From contig CAZAWX010000002.1 in assembly GCA_964488985.1 (NCBI GenBank), positions 1-54,033 of the forward strand: a stretch of 54,033 bases of DNA, read 5' to 3'. The first letter of the stretch is position 1. Each line of letters opens with the position of its first letter. Shown here in pieces: positions 1 through 13,572 of the stretch. The position numbers and the translations under genes are program-made. The notes under the pieces are model-generated. The model ran no database searches. It worked only from the letters and a program-made list of their open reading frames with translations, and was not told the DNA's origin. This stretch comes from an uncultured Ectothiorhodospiraceae bacterium (GTDB lineage: Bacteria; Pseudomonadota; Gammaproteobacteria; HK1).

Positions 1-35
1 TACGGCGTGTCTTGTGAGGGACTTCTTCCCTCTTG

Positions 36-88
36 CTGGCGGGCACCCCACTGCGTTTTCTGAAGTGGATTTATGCGCAGCTATTTAG
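36..88 (+). repeat. Copy A of a ~53-nt sequence that recurs in inverted orientation at 53980..54033
   Basis: CTGGCGGGCACCCCACTGCGTTTTCTGAAGTGGATTTATGCGCAGCTATTTAG. The reverse complement of 53980..54033 is CTGGCGGGCAACCCACTGCGATTTTCTGAAGTGGATTTATGCGCAGCTATTTAG. The two differ by one substitution and one 1-nt indel. Copy A is intergenic, 54 nt upstream of the likely queA start. Confidence 0.9.
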
Positions 89-141
89 ACGGGAGCAGTT
101 GTGTCCGCGAATGTGGCTCTGAACTGTTACTATCGCGCGCC

Positions 142-2284
<2,143 letters not shown>

Positions 2285-2408
2285 CCGCGGACCTGACCCT
2301 CTGGTAACGGCCTACCCAGCCAGAATCCCGTGCGCAGGGCTAGCCCCCCGGTCGTTATTACTGTCATAATTGAACACTTTATTTATGTGAAATTTTCGAG
2401 GTCTGCAG

Positions 2409-2738
2409 GTGGAATTTTTTATTTCTGACGCGTATGCCCAGGCTGGGGGCGGTGCCCAGGGCAGCCCATTCCCAAGTTTTATAATTCTCGCAGGATTTTT
2501 TGTATTGATGTACTTCTTGCTGATACGACCTCAGCAAAAACGTCAGAAAGAGCATAAAAGCATGGTCGAGAATATCGCCAAGGGTGATGAGATCATTACT
2601 CAAGGTGGATTGTTGGGAAAAATCACTAAAATTTCAGATTCGTTCATTATGGTTGAAATTGCATCTGGAACTGAAATCAAACTGCAAAAGATCGCGATTA
2701 CAGCCGTCATGCCCAAAGGAACCATCAAGTCAATCTGA
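2409..2738 (+). CDS. yajC: Preprotein translocase accessory subunit YajC
   Basis: GTG start, 109 aa, a single hydrophobic helix followed by IRPQQKRQKEH and GDEIIT.GG..G.I, which are typical of YajC. It sits between tgt and secD. Confidence 0.88.
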   Translation: MEFFISDAYAQAGGGAQGSPFPSFIILAGFFVLMYFLLIRPQQKRQKEHKSMVENIAKGDEIITQGGLLGKITKISDSFIMVEIASGTEIKLQKIAITAVMPKGTIKSI

Positions 2739-2899
2739 TTACCGGAGCACTGGCTTCACTCTGTTCAGGCAGGTGGGCTCGTCCGACAATCTCTTCTCGG
2801 TATAAATACTGTGTTAACCATTGAAACATTTCATGGGGTTACGGCCCTTACACGCCAGGGTATTACCCCTGTTATTGTTCAGCAAAGTGAGATGGGGCT

Positions 2900-4759
2900 G
2901 TGATAAATCATTATCCTGCCTGGAAGTACATATTACTGGTCCTGACCTTTGTCATCGGGGTGTTATATGCACTGCCAAATCTATATGGCGAGGACTTCGC
3001 AGTTCAGATTTCGGCCACCCGTGGTGGCGCTATCGATTCCGGGCTCGAGCAACGTGTACTGTCACGCCTTGAACAGTTCAAATTAAAACCTAAAAGTAGC
3101 CAGTTGCTCAAAAGCCGCCTGTTACTGAGATTCGATAATGATGTCCAGCAGCTTCAGGCTAAAGAAGCACTGGTCGATGATCTGGGCCACACCTATGTTG
3201 TCGCTTTGAATCTGGCGCCTTCAACACCTGAGTGGTTGTTGAAGTTGAATGCGCAGCCCATGTATCTGGGGCTGGATCTACGGGGAGGGATTCATTTTCT
3301 CCTTGAGGTCGATATGGCCGGAGCGATCAAGAAAGCCGAACAACGCTTTGTCGGCGATCTTAAAACCCGTTTTCGCAGCGATAAAGTCCATTACAAGAGT
3401 GTGTCTGTGCATGCAAATGGCGGCGTAGCCGTGGAGTTTCGCAGTGCGGGTGATCTTAGTACAGGCACTAGCCTGATTCGCCAGTATTTCCCTGAACTAC
3501 AGATTGATGACCAGGCGGCAAATATTGAAAACGGCCTGATTCTGAGGATGAATAAACCGGCAATCAAGGAAATCCGTGATTTTGCTTTACAACAGAACAT
3601 CACGACATTACGCAACCGGGTGAATGAATTAGGGGTTGCAGAACCAGTAATTCAACAGCAGGGGAATAACAGAATCGTCGTTGAGTTACCGGGTATCCAG
3701 GATTCCGCGCGGGCAAAACAAATTCTTAACGCCACGGCGACATTGGAATTTCGCATGGTCGATGATCGCAACTCGGTACAAAGCGCAGTCGCGGGCCAAG
3801 TGCCGCCGACCTCGGTGCTGTACCGCCAGCGTAATGGGCAACCCGTCCTGGTCAAACGCAGTGTGATGCTTACTGGTGACAGAATTGTCAACGCAACCTC
3901 AGGAATCGATCAGCAGTCCGGGACGCCGGCAGTATTTATCACCCTTGACGGTAAAGGCGCGAGTTTATTTTCCCGGCGGACACGGGACAAGATTGGACGC
4001 CCTATGGCGACCATATTCATTGAAAATAAATCTGTCAAAAAAATGCTCAAGGGTAAGGAAGTGACCAACAGAGTCACGGTTCGTGAGGTCATCAATGTGG
4101 CCACAATCCGGGATCAACTGGGTAAACGTTTTCAAATCACCGGTCTGGACAACACCACTGAGGCACGAGACCTGGCGCTGCTTCTGCGTGCCGGTGCCCT
4201 GGCCGCACCCATCGACTTTATTGAAGAGCGTACAGTAGGTCCGAGCCTTGGGCAGCAGAATATCGATCAAGGCTTTCTCTCGGTGGAAATTGGCTTTGCC
4301 CTGGTGCTGCTGTTCATGCTGGTGTTCTACAAATTGTTCGGTCTGGTGGCAAATCTTGCCCTGACATTTAACCTGGTCATGATCGTTGCGGTGCTGTCCA
4401 TGCTGCAAGCGACCTTGACGCTGCCGGGCATTGCCGGTGTCGTGTTGACCGTGGGCATGGCGGTGGATGCCAACGTGCTGATATTTGAGCGGATTAAGGA
4501 AGAGCTTCGAATCGGAAATTCTCCTCACGCAAGTATCCATGCGGGTTACGAAAAGGCATTTTCAACGATTGCCGATGCAAATATCACCACGCTGATTGCC
4601 GCATTACTGCTATTTGGCTTCGGCACCGGGCCGATCAAGGGCTTTGCCATCACCTTATCTATCGGTATTGCGACTTCCATGTTCACCGCCATTATGGGAA
4701 CTCGGGCAGTGATCAATCTGATTTACGGTGGTCGAAGGATCGAACGCCTGTCCATTTGA
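2900..4759 (+). CDS. secD: Protein translocase subunit SecD
   Basis: GTG start. MINHYPAWKYILLVLTFVIGVLYALPNLYGEDFAVQIS closely matches the E. coli SecD N-terminus. 619 aa with a C-terminal multi-TM domain. Confidence 0.95.
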   Translation: MINHYPAWKYILLVLTFVIGVLYALPNLYGEDFAVQISATRGGAIDSGLEQRVLSRLEQFKLKPKSSQLLKSRLLLRFDNDVQQLQAKEALVDDLGHTYVVALNLAPSTPEWLLKLNAQPMYLGLDLRGGIHFLLEVDMAGAIKKAEQRFVGDLKTRFRSDKVHYKSVSVHANGGVAVEFRSAGDLSTGTSLIRQYFPELQIDDQAANIENGLILRMNKPAIKEIRDFALQQNITTLRNRVNELGVAEPVIQQQGNNRIVVELPGIQDSARAKQILNATATLEFRMVDDRNSVQSAVAGQVPPTSVLYRQRNGQPVLVKRSVMLTGDRIVNATSGIDQQSGTPAVFITLDGKGASLFSRRTRDKIGRPMATIFIENKSVKKMLKGKEVTNRVTVREVINVATIRDQLGKRFQITGLDNTTEARDLALLLRAGALAAPIDFIEERTVGPSLGQQNIDQGFLSVEIGFALVLLFMLVFYKLFGLVANLALTFNLVMIVAVLSMLQATLTLPGIAGVVLTVGMAVDANVLIFERIKEELRIGNSPHASIHAGYEKAFSTIADANITTLIAALLLFGFGTGPIKGFAITLSIGIATSMFTAIMGTRAVINLIYGGRRIERLSI

Positions 4760-4772
4760 GGGGACAATTGCC

Positions 4773-5711
4773 ATGTCTTTATTCAATCGCAAGACGCAAA
4801 TCGATTTTCTTTCACAACGGCGCATTGCAACCTGGTTTTCCGTGACCTTGGTGCTCACTGCTGTTCTTGCACTTGGATTTCGCGGTCTCAATTTCGGTAT
4901 CGATTTCACAGGCGGAACGCTGATTGAGGTCGGCTATTCGGAAAATGCGGACATTAATGCGATACGCTCAACGCTATCTAAAGCGGGTTTTGAGGGTGCC
5001 GTAGTGCAAAATTTTGGCACCAGCAAGGATGTGTTGGTACGTATTGCCCCGCGTGACAACGTCAGTAAATCCAAACTCGGTGATAAAGTGTTGGAGAGCC
5101 TGCGCAAGAGTTATTCGGGTACCGTTGACTTGCGCCGAGTTGAATTTGTCGGCCCTCAGGTAGGTACGGAACTGGCTGAAGACGGCGGTTTGGCCATGCT
5201 TATTGCCCTATTGGCGATTTTTGTCTATGTGATGTTCAGATTTATCTGGAAACTGTCATTGGGTGCCGTACTGGCGCTGTTCCATGATGTTCTTATTACA
5301 CTTGGCGCCTTTTCCATACTACAGCTGAATTTTGATTTGACTGTGCTGGCCGCAATACTGGCGGTCATTGGTTATTCATTGAATGACACGATTGTTGTGT
5401 TTGACCGGGTCAGGGAAAATTTCCGTAAAATCCGCAAGGGCTCTGCAACGGAAATTGTCAATACGTCCCTGAACCAGACGTTGTCGCGCACATTGATGAC
5501 GTCATTTACGACCTTGCTGGTACTCTTGGCATTGTTTTTTCTTGGTGGGGAGCTGATCCATGGTTTTGCCACGGCCCTGACCATTGGTATCGTGATCGGA
5601 ACCTACTCCTCTATTTATGTCGCCAGCACCTGCGCTCTGGCCCTGAACATCAGCAAGAAAGACATGATGCCGGTTGCCAAGGAGGGCGTTGAAGCCGATG
5701 CCCGGCCCTGA
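4773..5711 (+). CDS. secF: Protein translocase subunit SecF
   Basis: ATG 4773 is preceded by GAGGGG. 312 aa with a SecF-type TM domain (FHDVLITLG...GYSLNDTIVVFDRVREN). It lies directly after secD. Confidence 0.93.
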   Translation: MSLFNRKTQIDFLSQRRIATWFSVTLVLTAVLALGFRGLNFGIDFTGGTLIEVGYSENADINAIRSTLSKAGFEGAVVQNFGTSKDVLVRIAPRDNVSKSKLGDKVLESLRKSYSGTVDLRRVEFVGPQVGTELAEDGGLAMLIALLAIFVYVMFRFIWKLSLGAVLALFHDVLITLGAFSILQLNFDLTVLAAILAVIGYSLNDTIVVFDRVRENFRKIRKGSATEIVNTSLNQTLSRTLMTSFTTLLVLLALFFLGGELIHGFATALTIGIVIGTYSSIYVASTCALALNISKKDMMPVAKEGVEADARP

Positions 5712-6525
5712 TCCAGGGTCTGAAGGTGCTCTGATTGAAGTCCATAACCTGCATTACAGCCGTGGCTCCAGGAAAATTTTTAACGGCCTGAGCCTGACGA
5801 TTGAAAAAGGCAAAATAACGGCAATAATGGGCCCAAGCGGCACCGGCAAAACAACCCTGCTACGGTTGATCAGCGGTCAATTACGGCCGCAGTCAGGTTC
5901 GGTGAGCGTGGCAGGCCAACATGTCGCAGGACTTAGTCGTGAGGCATTGTTCAACATGCGCAAAAGCATGGGCATGTTGTTCCAAAGTGGGGCGCTATTG
6001 ACCGACCTCAGTGTTTTTGACAATGTCGCTTTTCCGTTACGCGAGCACACTCGATTACCCGAATCCATGATTCGCGACCTGGTGTGGATGAAGTTACAGG
6101 CGGTCGGGTTGCGAGGCGCACGGGATTTGTTTCCCCGGGAGCTATCAGGTGGAATGGCACGCCGCGTGGCGCTGGCCCGTGCCATCGCCCTGGATCCGAA
6201 AATGATTCTCTACGATGAGCCGTTTGCCGGTCAGGATCCGATTGCCATGGGGACCATTGTCAGTTTGATCAGGCAGCTGAATCAGACGATGGGGTTGACC
6301 AGTATCGTTGTATCCCACGATGTTCCGGAAACCGCCTCCATCGCTGATCACATTTACGTGATTAGTGAGGGCAGGGTGGTCGGATCGGGAACACCCCAGG
6401 CGTTGCGCGACAGCGGTTCGCCCTGGGTCCGGCAGTTCCTGTCCGGTGCTCCGGATGGACCAGTGCCGTTTCACTATCCAGCAGCAGATTATCTCCAGGA
6501 GTTACTGCAGGGTGGACAATTGTGA
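5698..6525 (+). CDS. mlaF: Phospholipid (Mla) ABC transporter ATP-binding protein
   Basis: Walker [13 protein letters not shown] signature LSGGMARR and Walker B ILYDEP are present. I chose ATG 5698, with AAGGAGGG about 10 nt upstream. The start overlaps the secF stop by 14 nt. The longer ORF start at 5674 is also possible. Confidence 0.88.
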   Translation: MPGPDPGSEGALIEVHNLHYSRGSRKIFNGLSLTIEKGKITAIMGPSGTGKTTLLRLISGQLRPQSGSVSVAGQHVAGLSREALFNMRKSMGMLFQSGALLTDLSVFDNVAFPLREHTRLPESMIRDLVWMKLQAVGLRGARDLFPRELSGGMARRVALARAIALDPKMILYDEPFAGQDPIAMGTIVSLIRQLNQTMGLTSIVVSHDVPETASIADHIYVISEGRVVGSGTPQALRDSGSPWVRQFLSGAPDGPVPFHYPAADYLQELLQGGQL

Positions 6526-7301
6526 GTTCCTTTTTTCAACACATGGGCCGTTGGGCCTTGACCTTTTTGGCACGTCTGGGGCGCGCCGTTTTATTCCTCG
6601 GCCAGGTCATGGCGGGGTTTGCCACCTCTTTAGGGCACTTTCGCGAGTTACTGTTGCAAATTTGGTCAGTAGGTTACAGATCCCTGATTATCATTATTGT
6701 CTCGGGCCTGTTTGTTGGCATGGTTTTAGCCCTGCAAGGCTATAATACGCTGGTTGACTTCGGCGCTGAACAAACCCTCGGGGTGTTGGTTTCCCTGAGT
6801 CTGGTGCGGGAACTGGGCCCTGTTATCGCTGCATTATTGTTTGCGGGACGGGCCGGATCGGCATTGACAGCGGAAATCGGCCTGATGAAAGCCACTGAAC
6901 AACTTGATGGCATGGAGATGATGGCGGTGGATCCACTCCATCGGGTGGTGGCGCCACGGATGCTGGCCGGCCTGTTTGCCATGCCAGTGCTGGCGGTAAT
7001 TTTTACTGTGGTTGGTATTGCCGGAAGTTTTTTAGTTGGTGTGGGGCTGTTGGGTGTTGACAGTGGTGTGTTCTGGTCGCAAATGCAGGCCAAAGTTGAC
7101 TTCTTGCAGGATGTTGTCAACGGGGTCGTCGTTAAAAGCCTGGTTTTCGGTGCTCTGGTGACATGGATTGCCGTATTCGAGGGCTATGATGCAATTCCCA
7201 CCTCAGAAGGGGTGAGTGCCGCAACCACCCGCACCGTGGTAAATGCATCGCTGGCAATATTAGGTTCGGACTTTATTCTTACAGCCTTAATGTTTGATTA
7301 A
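6522..7301 (+). CDS. mlaE: Mla ABC transporter permease
   Basis: GTG start overlapping the mlaF stop. [34 protein letters not shown] and the C-terminal DFILTALMF are near-identical to motifs of E. coli MlaE. Confidence 0.93.
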   Translation: MSSFFQHMGRWALTFLARLGRAVLFLGQVMAGFATSLGHFRELLLQIWSVGYRSLIIIIVSGLFVGMVLALQGYNTLVDFGAEQTLGVLVSLSLVRELGPVIAALLFAGRAGSALTAEIGLMKATEQLDGMEMMAVDPLHRVVAPRMLAGLFAMPVLAVIFTVVGIAGSFLVGVGLLGVDSGVFWSQMQAKVDFLQDVVNGVVVKSLVFGALVTWIAVFEGYDAIPTSEGVSAATTRTVVNASLAILGSDFILTALMFD

Positions 7302-7335
7302 TTCTGGCGGTTACTGAACGATTTGGGTGTCAAGT

Positions 7336-7821
7336 ATGCAAAGCAGACGAGTTGAGATGATGGTTGGAGTGTTCGTTGCACTCGGACTTGGCGCAGTGCT
7401 GGTTCTGGCGCTGAAAGTGAGCAACCTCACAGATTTATCGTCCGAGAAAGGCTATCGTGTGTATGCGCAGTTCGATAACGTGGGGGGCTTGAAGGTGCGT
7501 GCGCCTGTGACGCTGGCAGGGGTGAGAATTGGTCGTGTTTCAGCCATTGAACTGGATAACAAAAATTATCAGGCTAAAGTAAGCTTCAGTATTCGGCCAG
7601 AATTCTCCAGAATTCCGTCAGATACCTCCGCCAGTATATTTACTGCGGGCTTGTTGGGAGAACAATATGTGGCACTGTCAGCGGGAGGTGAGGAAACCTT
7701 TCTTAAAAACGACAGTCACATTGAAATCACCCAGTCTGCAATTGTCCTGGAGGAGGTGATTGGACAGTTTGTGTTCAGTCAGGCCGGGAAGCAAAATTCA
7801 GACAACAATGCCAAATTTTAA
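7336..7821 (+). CDS. mlaD: Mla system MCE-domain substrate-binding protein
   Basis: ATG 7336. An N-terminal TM helix is followed by an MCE domain (FDNVGGLKVRAPVTLAGVRIGRV...LLGEQYVAL), which aligns with E. coli MlaD. Confidence 0.9.
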   Translation: MQSRRVEMMVGVFVALGLGAVLVLALKVSNLTDLSSEKGYRVYAQFDNVGGLKVRAPVTLAGVRIGRVSAIELDNKNYQAKVSFSIRPEFSRIPSDTSASIFTAGLLGEQYVALSAGGEETFLKNDSHIEITQSAIVLEEVIGQFVFSQAGKQNSDNNAKF

Positions 7822-7880
7822 TTCCGCGAAGTAACTGTTCTAAATTTAACGTCAATATTTAAATTCAGGAAATTGAAATC

Positions 7881-8507
7881 ATGAAACATTCTTTCAGCAC
7901 ATTAACGGGCAGATTGCTGGCAGTTCTGGCCTTGTTTGCGCTGTCCTTGGGTATTGCCAATGGCGCTACTGACAATCCAGCCCAACAAGTTGTCAGAACA
8001 ACAACTGAACAGGTATTGGCTGTATTGCGCAAAGAAGGTGGCGATATAAAAGGTGATTCACAACGCCTTTACAAAGTGATTGACGAGTTGATATTGCCAC
8101 ATTTCAATTTCAAAAAAATGTCCCGCTGGGTACTTGGCCGCCATTGGCGTAAAGCGTCGGCGGAACAACAACAGGCCTTTATGCTGCAATTCCAGGGCTT
8201 GCTGGTGCGTACCTACGCTCAGGCACTGATTGATTATCGGAATCAGCAGATTGATTTTTTACCTGTGAGTCCCGACGCTGCCGAGACGGTGGTGGTGCGC
8301 ACCCGGGTCAACCAGGAAGGTGGACCCGGTATTCCCATCGTCTACAAAATGTCAATGCAGGATGGTGATTGGAAAGTCTTCGATGTGTCAATTGATGGTG
8401 TCAGTCTGGTGGTCAATTACCGGGCGAGTTTCAATGATGAGATTCGTCGTAATGGACTCGATGGACTCATCAAACGCCTTTCCGCACATAACAGTAAAAA
8501 CACTTAG
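7881..8507 (+). CDS. mlaC: Periplasmic phospholipid-binding protein MlaC (Ttg2D family)
   Basis: Signal peptide MKHSFSTLTGRLLAVLALFALSLGIANG. The Ttg2D-like core motif ILPHFNFKKMSRWVLGRHWRKAS is present. It occupies the expected position in the mla operon. Confidence 0.88.
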   Translation: MKHSFSTLTGRLLAVLALFALSLGIANGATDNPAQQVVRTTTEQVLAVLRKEGGDIKGDSQRLYKVIDELILPHFNFKKMSRWVLGRHWRKASAEQQQAFMLQFQGLLVRTYAQALIDYRNQQIDFLPVSPDAAETVVVRTRVNQEGGPGIPIVYKMSMQDGDWKVFDVSIDGVSLVVNYRASFNDEIRRNGLDGLIKRLSAHNSKNT

Positions 8508-8830
8508 TGAAGGTGCCTGAGGCGCGGCTGACCTATGAACCCGGCCGCCTGTATCTTTCAGGTGTGCTGGATGCCGATACGGTCACGACCATCTACAGCG
8601 ACGGACGCACGCTGATACAGCGCAGCGCCAACGAGTCACTTGTCCTGGATATGAGCCGGCTTGATGCCAGCAATAGCTCAGGGTTGGCGTTATTGATCGA
8701 TTGGTTGCGTATTGCCCGGCAGAATTCAGTACAATTAAGTCTGTATAATCTACCACAGCAATTGCTGGATGTTGCCCGGGTCTGTGGCCTTGGTGACCTT
8801 ATCGAATCCATGAACTATGCAACCAGATGA
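8507..8830 (+). CDS. mlaB: STAS-domain protein MlaB
   Basis: 107 aa. The GTG start overlaps the mlaC stop (TAGTG). The size and the pattern (LDMSRLDASNSSGLALLIDWLR) fit a STAS domain. Position is downstream of mlaC. Confidence 0.75.
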   Translation: MKVPEARLTYEPGRLYLSGVLDADTVTTIYSDGRTLIQRSANESLVLDMSRLDASNSSGLALLIDWLRIARQNSVQLSLYNLPQQLLDVARVCGLGDLIESMNYATR

Positions 8831-9059
8831 AATCAAGCGCCTGATCGAGGCGAATCTCGAATGTAGTTTCCTCACTGTGGAAGGCGATGGCCGTCATTTT
8901 GAAGCGGTCGTGGTGAGTGATGAATTTGCATCCAAGGCAACGTTGGCCCGTCACCGCCTCGTCTATGCCACGTTAGGAGAACAATTTGCCAGTGAAGCCT
9001 TACACGCATTGTCGTTAAAGACCTATACGCCGGCGCAATGGCGCGAGTCGCAGCCTTGA
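8817..9059 (+). CDS. ibaG: BolA-family protein (IbaG/YrbA-like)
   Basis: 80 aa. GDGRHFEAVVVSDEF...HALSLKTYTPAQW parallels E. coli IbaG (GDGSHFQVIAV...HAVSIKAYTPAEW). It lies between mlaB and murA, as in enterics and pseudomonads. Confidence 0.85.
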   Translation: MQPDEIKRLIEANLECSFLTVEGDGRHFEAVVVSDEFASKATLARHRLVYATLGEQFASEALHALSLKTYTPAQWRESQP

Positions 9060-10358
<1,299 letters not shown>

Positions 10359-10412
10359 GCGTCATTAGGGCTTCGCCGTAGACATCAACACACCTGGCAC
10401 CAGTACAGGATC

Positions 10413-11039
10413 ATGCTCACACTTGCACTTTCCAAAGGCCGAATTCTAGATGAGACCTTGCCATTGCTGGCGCGCGCCGGCATTGAAGCCAGGGAGGACC
10501 CGCGCGTCAGCCGTAAGCTGATTTTGCCGACTCATACGCCGGATTTGCGCCTGTTGGTATTGCGCGCTCAGGATGTTCCTACCTTCGTTGAACACGGAGG
10601 GGCCGATCTGGGGATCGCAGGTAAGGATGTTTTGCTCGAACACAGTGGCTTTGGTCTTTATGAACCCCTTGATCTCGGTATTGCCCGCTGCCGACTGATG
10701 GTGGCTCGACCCGCTGCTTTCGATGTAGCGACACCACGATTGCGAGTTGCAACTAAATATGCTGAAACTGCCAGGCGGTATTTTGCTGCCCTGGGGCAAC
10801 AGGTCGAAATTATCCACCTGTATGGTTCCATGGAAATTGCTCCGCAATTGGGTCTTGCTGACTGTATCGTCGATGTCGTGCAGTCGGGTCGGACGCTCGC
10901 TGCAAACGGCCTGGTGGCCTGCGAGAGTGTTGCGGAAATCAGCGCGAGGCTGATTGTCAACAAAGCAGCCATGAAGGTCTGTCATCAGCGCATTAAAAGT
11001 ATCATTGCAGCATTGCGCAAGGCACTGGAGCAGGCCTGA
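10413..11039 (+). CDS. hisG: ATP phosphoribosyltransferase, short form (HisG_S)
   Basis: 208 aa, [19 protein letters not shown]... This length class lacks the C-terminal regulatory domain and normally works with HisZ, which is not in this window. hisD follows. Confidence 0.9.
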   Translation: MLTLALSKGRILDETLPLLARAGIEAREDPRVSRKLILPTHTPDLRLLVLRAQDVPTFVEHGGADLGIAGKDVLLEHSGFGLYEPLDLGIARCRLMVARPAAFDVATPRLRVATKYAETARRYFAALGQQVEIIHLYGSMEIAPQLGLADCIVDVVQSGRTLAANGLVACESVAEISARLIVNKAAMKVCHQRIKSIIAALRKALEQA

Positions 11040-12343
11040 TGCTGAAAATTCAACAATTGAACAGCAGTGATGCCAATTTTGATGCCCAGGTGTCTGCCTT
11101 GATTGGACATGCGATTGAGTCCGATGAGGCCGTCACCCAAACTGTGCAGGAAATCATCACGATGGTGCGTCACTCAGGTGATGCAGCACTGCTTGATTGT
11201 ACCCGCCGTTTCGATGGTCTCGATTGTGCCGAGGTTGCCCAACTGGAAGTCAAACCGCAGCGCCTGCAACAGGCGCTAACAGATTTGGGCCACGATCAGC
11301 ATCAAGCCTTGGAACAGGCCGCGGTGCGTATTCGGGGTTTCCATGAACACCAGCGTGAGCAGTCGTGGCGGTATACCGATGAACTGGGCGCAACCCTGGG
11401 CCAGCAGATTACCGCCATGGATCGGGTTGGCCTGTATGTTCCGGGTGGCCGGGCCGCCTATCCTTCATCGGTTTTAATGAACGCCATACCGGCGAAAATT
11501 GCCGGGGTGGCTGAATTAATCATGGTTGTTCCAGCGCCAGCAGGAGAACTCAATGATCTGGTTCTGGCCGCCGCTGCCATCGCCGGAGTGGATCGGGTAT
11601 TCACAATTGGTGGTGCCCAGGCCATTGCGGCGCTGGCATACGGTACCGAAACGGTTCCCCGGGTCGACAAAATTGTCGGTCCTGGCAATCGCTATGTGGC
11701 CCAGGCCAAACGGTTGGTTTTTGGCGCAGTCGGGATCGATATGATTGCCGGACCCTCGGAGATTGTCATTGTCAGCGATGGCACTTCCAGGGCAGATTGG
11801 GTGGCCATGGATCTGTTCGCGCAAGCCGAGCATGATGAGGCCGCCCGCGCCATTGTGATTAGCCCGGACAGGGCTTTTCTCGGCAGGGTCCTTGCGCAAA
11901 TGCAAGAACAATTGCCGAAAATGCCTCGCACAGAGATTATCCGTGCATCGCTGGCCAATAACGGCGCCTTGCTACAGGTTAAAGACTTGCCGGAAGCTGC
12001 CTGTGTGGTCAACAGGCTGGCACCTGAGCATCTGGAATTGTCTGTTGCCGATCCTGAACCGTTGCTGGCCCGAATTCGCCACGCCGGGGCTATCTTTTTA
12101 GGCCATTATGCGGCGGAGTCACTGGGCGATTATTGCGCCGGCCCCAACCACGTTCTACCCACTGCTGGCAGCGCCCGTTTTTCATCGCCGCTGGGGGTAT
12201 ATGATTTTCAAAAACGCTCCAGCATTATCGATTGTGGGGCTGAAACAGCGGCAGCACTGGCTGCAATTGCGGTTCCTCTGGCGCTGGGTGAAGGCTTGCA
12301 TGCGCATGCCCAATCTGCACAGTTGCGCCGCAAGCCGCTCTGA
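11039..12343 (+). CDS. hisD: Histidinol dehydrogenase
   Basis: 434 aa. The start overlaps the hisG stop (TGATG). Conserved blocks [23 protein letters not shown] and AQAEHD are present. Confidence 0.93.
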   Translation: MLKIQQLNSSDANFDAQVSALIGHAIESDEAVTQTVQEIITMVRHSGDAALLDCTRRFDGLDCAEVAQLEVKPQRLQQALTDLGHDQHQALEQAAVRIRGFHEHQREQSWRYTDELGATLGQQITAMDRVGLYVPGGRAAYPSSVLMNAIPAKIAGVAELIMVVPAPAGELNDLVLAAAAIAGVDRVFTIGGAQAIAALAYGTETVPRVDKIVGPGNRYVAQAKRLVFGAVGIDMIAGPSEIVIVSDGTSRADWVAMDLFAQAEHDEAARAIVISPDRAFLGRVLAQMQEQLPKMPRTEIIRASLANNGALLQVKDLPEAACVVNRLAPEHLELSVADPEPLLARIRHAGAIFLGHYAAESLGDYCAGPNHVLPTAGSARFSSPLGVYDFQKRSSIIDCGAETAAALAAIAVPLALGEGLHAHAQSAQLRRKPL

Positions 12344-12361
12344 GCTTGCGAGGCAGTTTAT

Positions 12362-13474
12362 ATGATGGCTGATTCCGAACGATTTGCCGCCGCAGTAAAG
12401 CAACGTGTCGAGGCCTTGGTACGCAAGGAAGTTCAGGCGTTGCATGCCTATCAGGTTGCGCATTCGCAGGGGTTGATCAAGCTTGATGCCATGGAAAACC
12501 CATTTCCCTGGCCTGCCGAAATCAAACAACTTTGGCAAGCTCAGCTTGAACAGGTAGAACCAAACCGCTATCCGGATCCCGCGGCAGGCGAACTCAAGGC
12601 GCAACTACGGGAGGTGTTGGCGATTGCGCCGGGGACGGAATTATTGCTGGGGAATGGATCTGATGAACTGATTCAGTTGCTGATTCTGGCCTTGGCAGGC
12701 CCGGGCAAGACCGTCATGTCTGTGCAACCGAGTTTTGTCATGTACCGTCTTTTGACGGAGGCAACCGGCGGTAATTTTGTCGGCGTTCCGCTGCGCGAAG
12801 AAGACTTCAGCCTGGACATCGACGCCATGCTTGCGGCAATGGAAAGACACCAGCCCGCTCTGATTTTCCTCGCCTGCCCAAACAATCCGACCGGAAACCT
12901 GTTTGCCAGGCAGGACATTCTGCGAATTATCGAGCGCGCTCCTGGCGCCGTCGTGGTGGATGAGGCCTATGAACCTTTTGCCCATTCCAGCGTGATTGGA
13001 GATGTGCAGCAGCATGCCAATTTGATGGTGATGCGAACGCTGTCAAAATTGGGCTTGGCGGGGCTGCGGCTGGGTTATCTGGCAGCGGCACCAGGTTGGA
13101 TTAATGAATTGGACAAACTCAGATTGCCCTATAATATCAATGTGCTAACGCAAATTTCGGTTGAATTTGCGCTGCGCCATTATCCTGTCTGGGAGCAGCA
13201 ATGCCAGCAGATGCTCGTCGGCCGCGAGTTTCTCTACGGCGCCTTGAAAGAAATGAATTCCCTCCATGTCTGGCGCAGTGACGCTAATTTTTTGCTCTGC
13301 AGGGTGCTGAACGGTGATGCACCAGGCCTTGTTGAATCCCTCAAGCGCCAGGGTTTATTGATCCGCTTGTTGCATGGCTCTGACCCGTTACTGAAAGATT
13401 GTGTGCGAATTAGCGTTGGTACACCTGATCAGAATCAACAGTTATTGGCTGCGATAGGGTACAATCAACGCTGA
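12362..13474 (+). CDS. hisC: Histidinol-phosphate aminotransferase
   Basis: 370 aa class-II aminotransferase. KLDAMENPFPWP, CPNNPTGN and the PLP-lysine context RTLSKLGLAGLRLGY are present. Confidence 0.88.
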   Translation: MMADSERFAAAVKQRVEALVRKEVQALHAYQVAHSQGLIKLDAMENPFPWPAEIKQLWQAQLEQVEPNRYPDPAAGELKAQLREVLAIAPGTELLLGNGSDELIQLLILALAGPGKTVMSVQPSFVMYRLLTEATGGNFVGVPLREEDFSLDIDAMLAAMERHQPALIFLACPNNPTGNLFARQDILRIIERAPGAVVVDEAYEPFAHSSVIGDVQQHANLMVMRTLSKLGLAGLRLGYLAAAPGWINELDKLRLPYNINVLTQISVEFALRHYPVWEQQCQQMLVGREFLYGALKEMNSLHVWRSDANFLLCRVLNGDAPGLVESLKRQGLLIRLLHGSDPLLKDCVRISVGTPDQNQQLLAAIGYNQR

Positions 13475-13572
13475 ATTTGTAAAAATCTTGACCCAAACTT
13501 CCCTATGTAGCAGCATTGCGCGGTTTTCGAGCCCGTGCCCGAATATTTAACTTCCGAGACAGACTAGAGCTT

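Noticed and set aside
73-141. A 23-codon N-terminal extension of queA, from the ORF-track start at 73
   Set aside because: The extension starts inside the repeated element and has no similarity to the QueA N-terminus. The conserved N-terminal motif begins at the Met at 142/148.
2739-2899. The 161-nt yajC-secD spacer as a possible small RNA or riboswitch
   Set aside because: I saw only weak, imperfect pairing (GGGGTTAC...TATTACCCC) and no recognisable riboswitch core, promoter or terminator. The evidence is insufficient.
10413-11039. The short-form hisG without hisZ as an anomaly
   Set aside because: Short HisG is common in many lineages, and hisZ is typically encoded elsewhere in the genome. 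Its absence from this window is uninformative.
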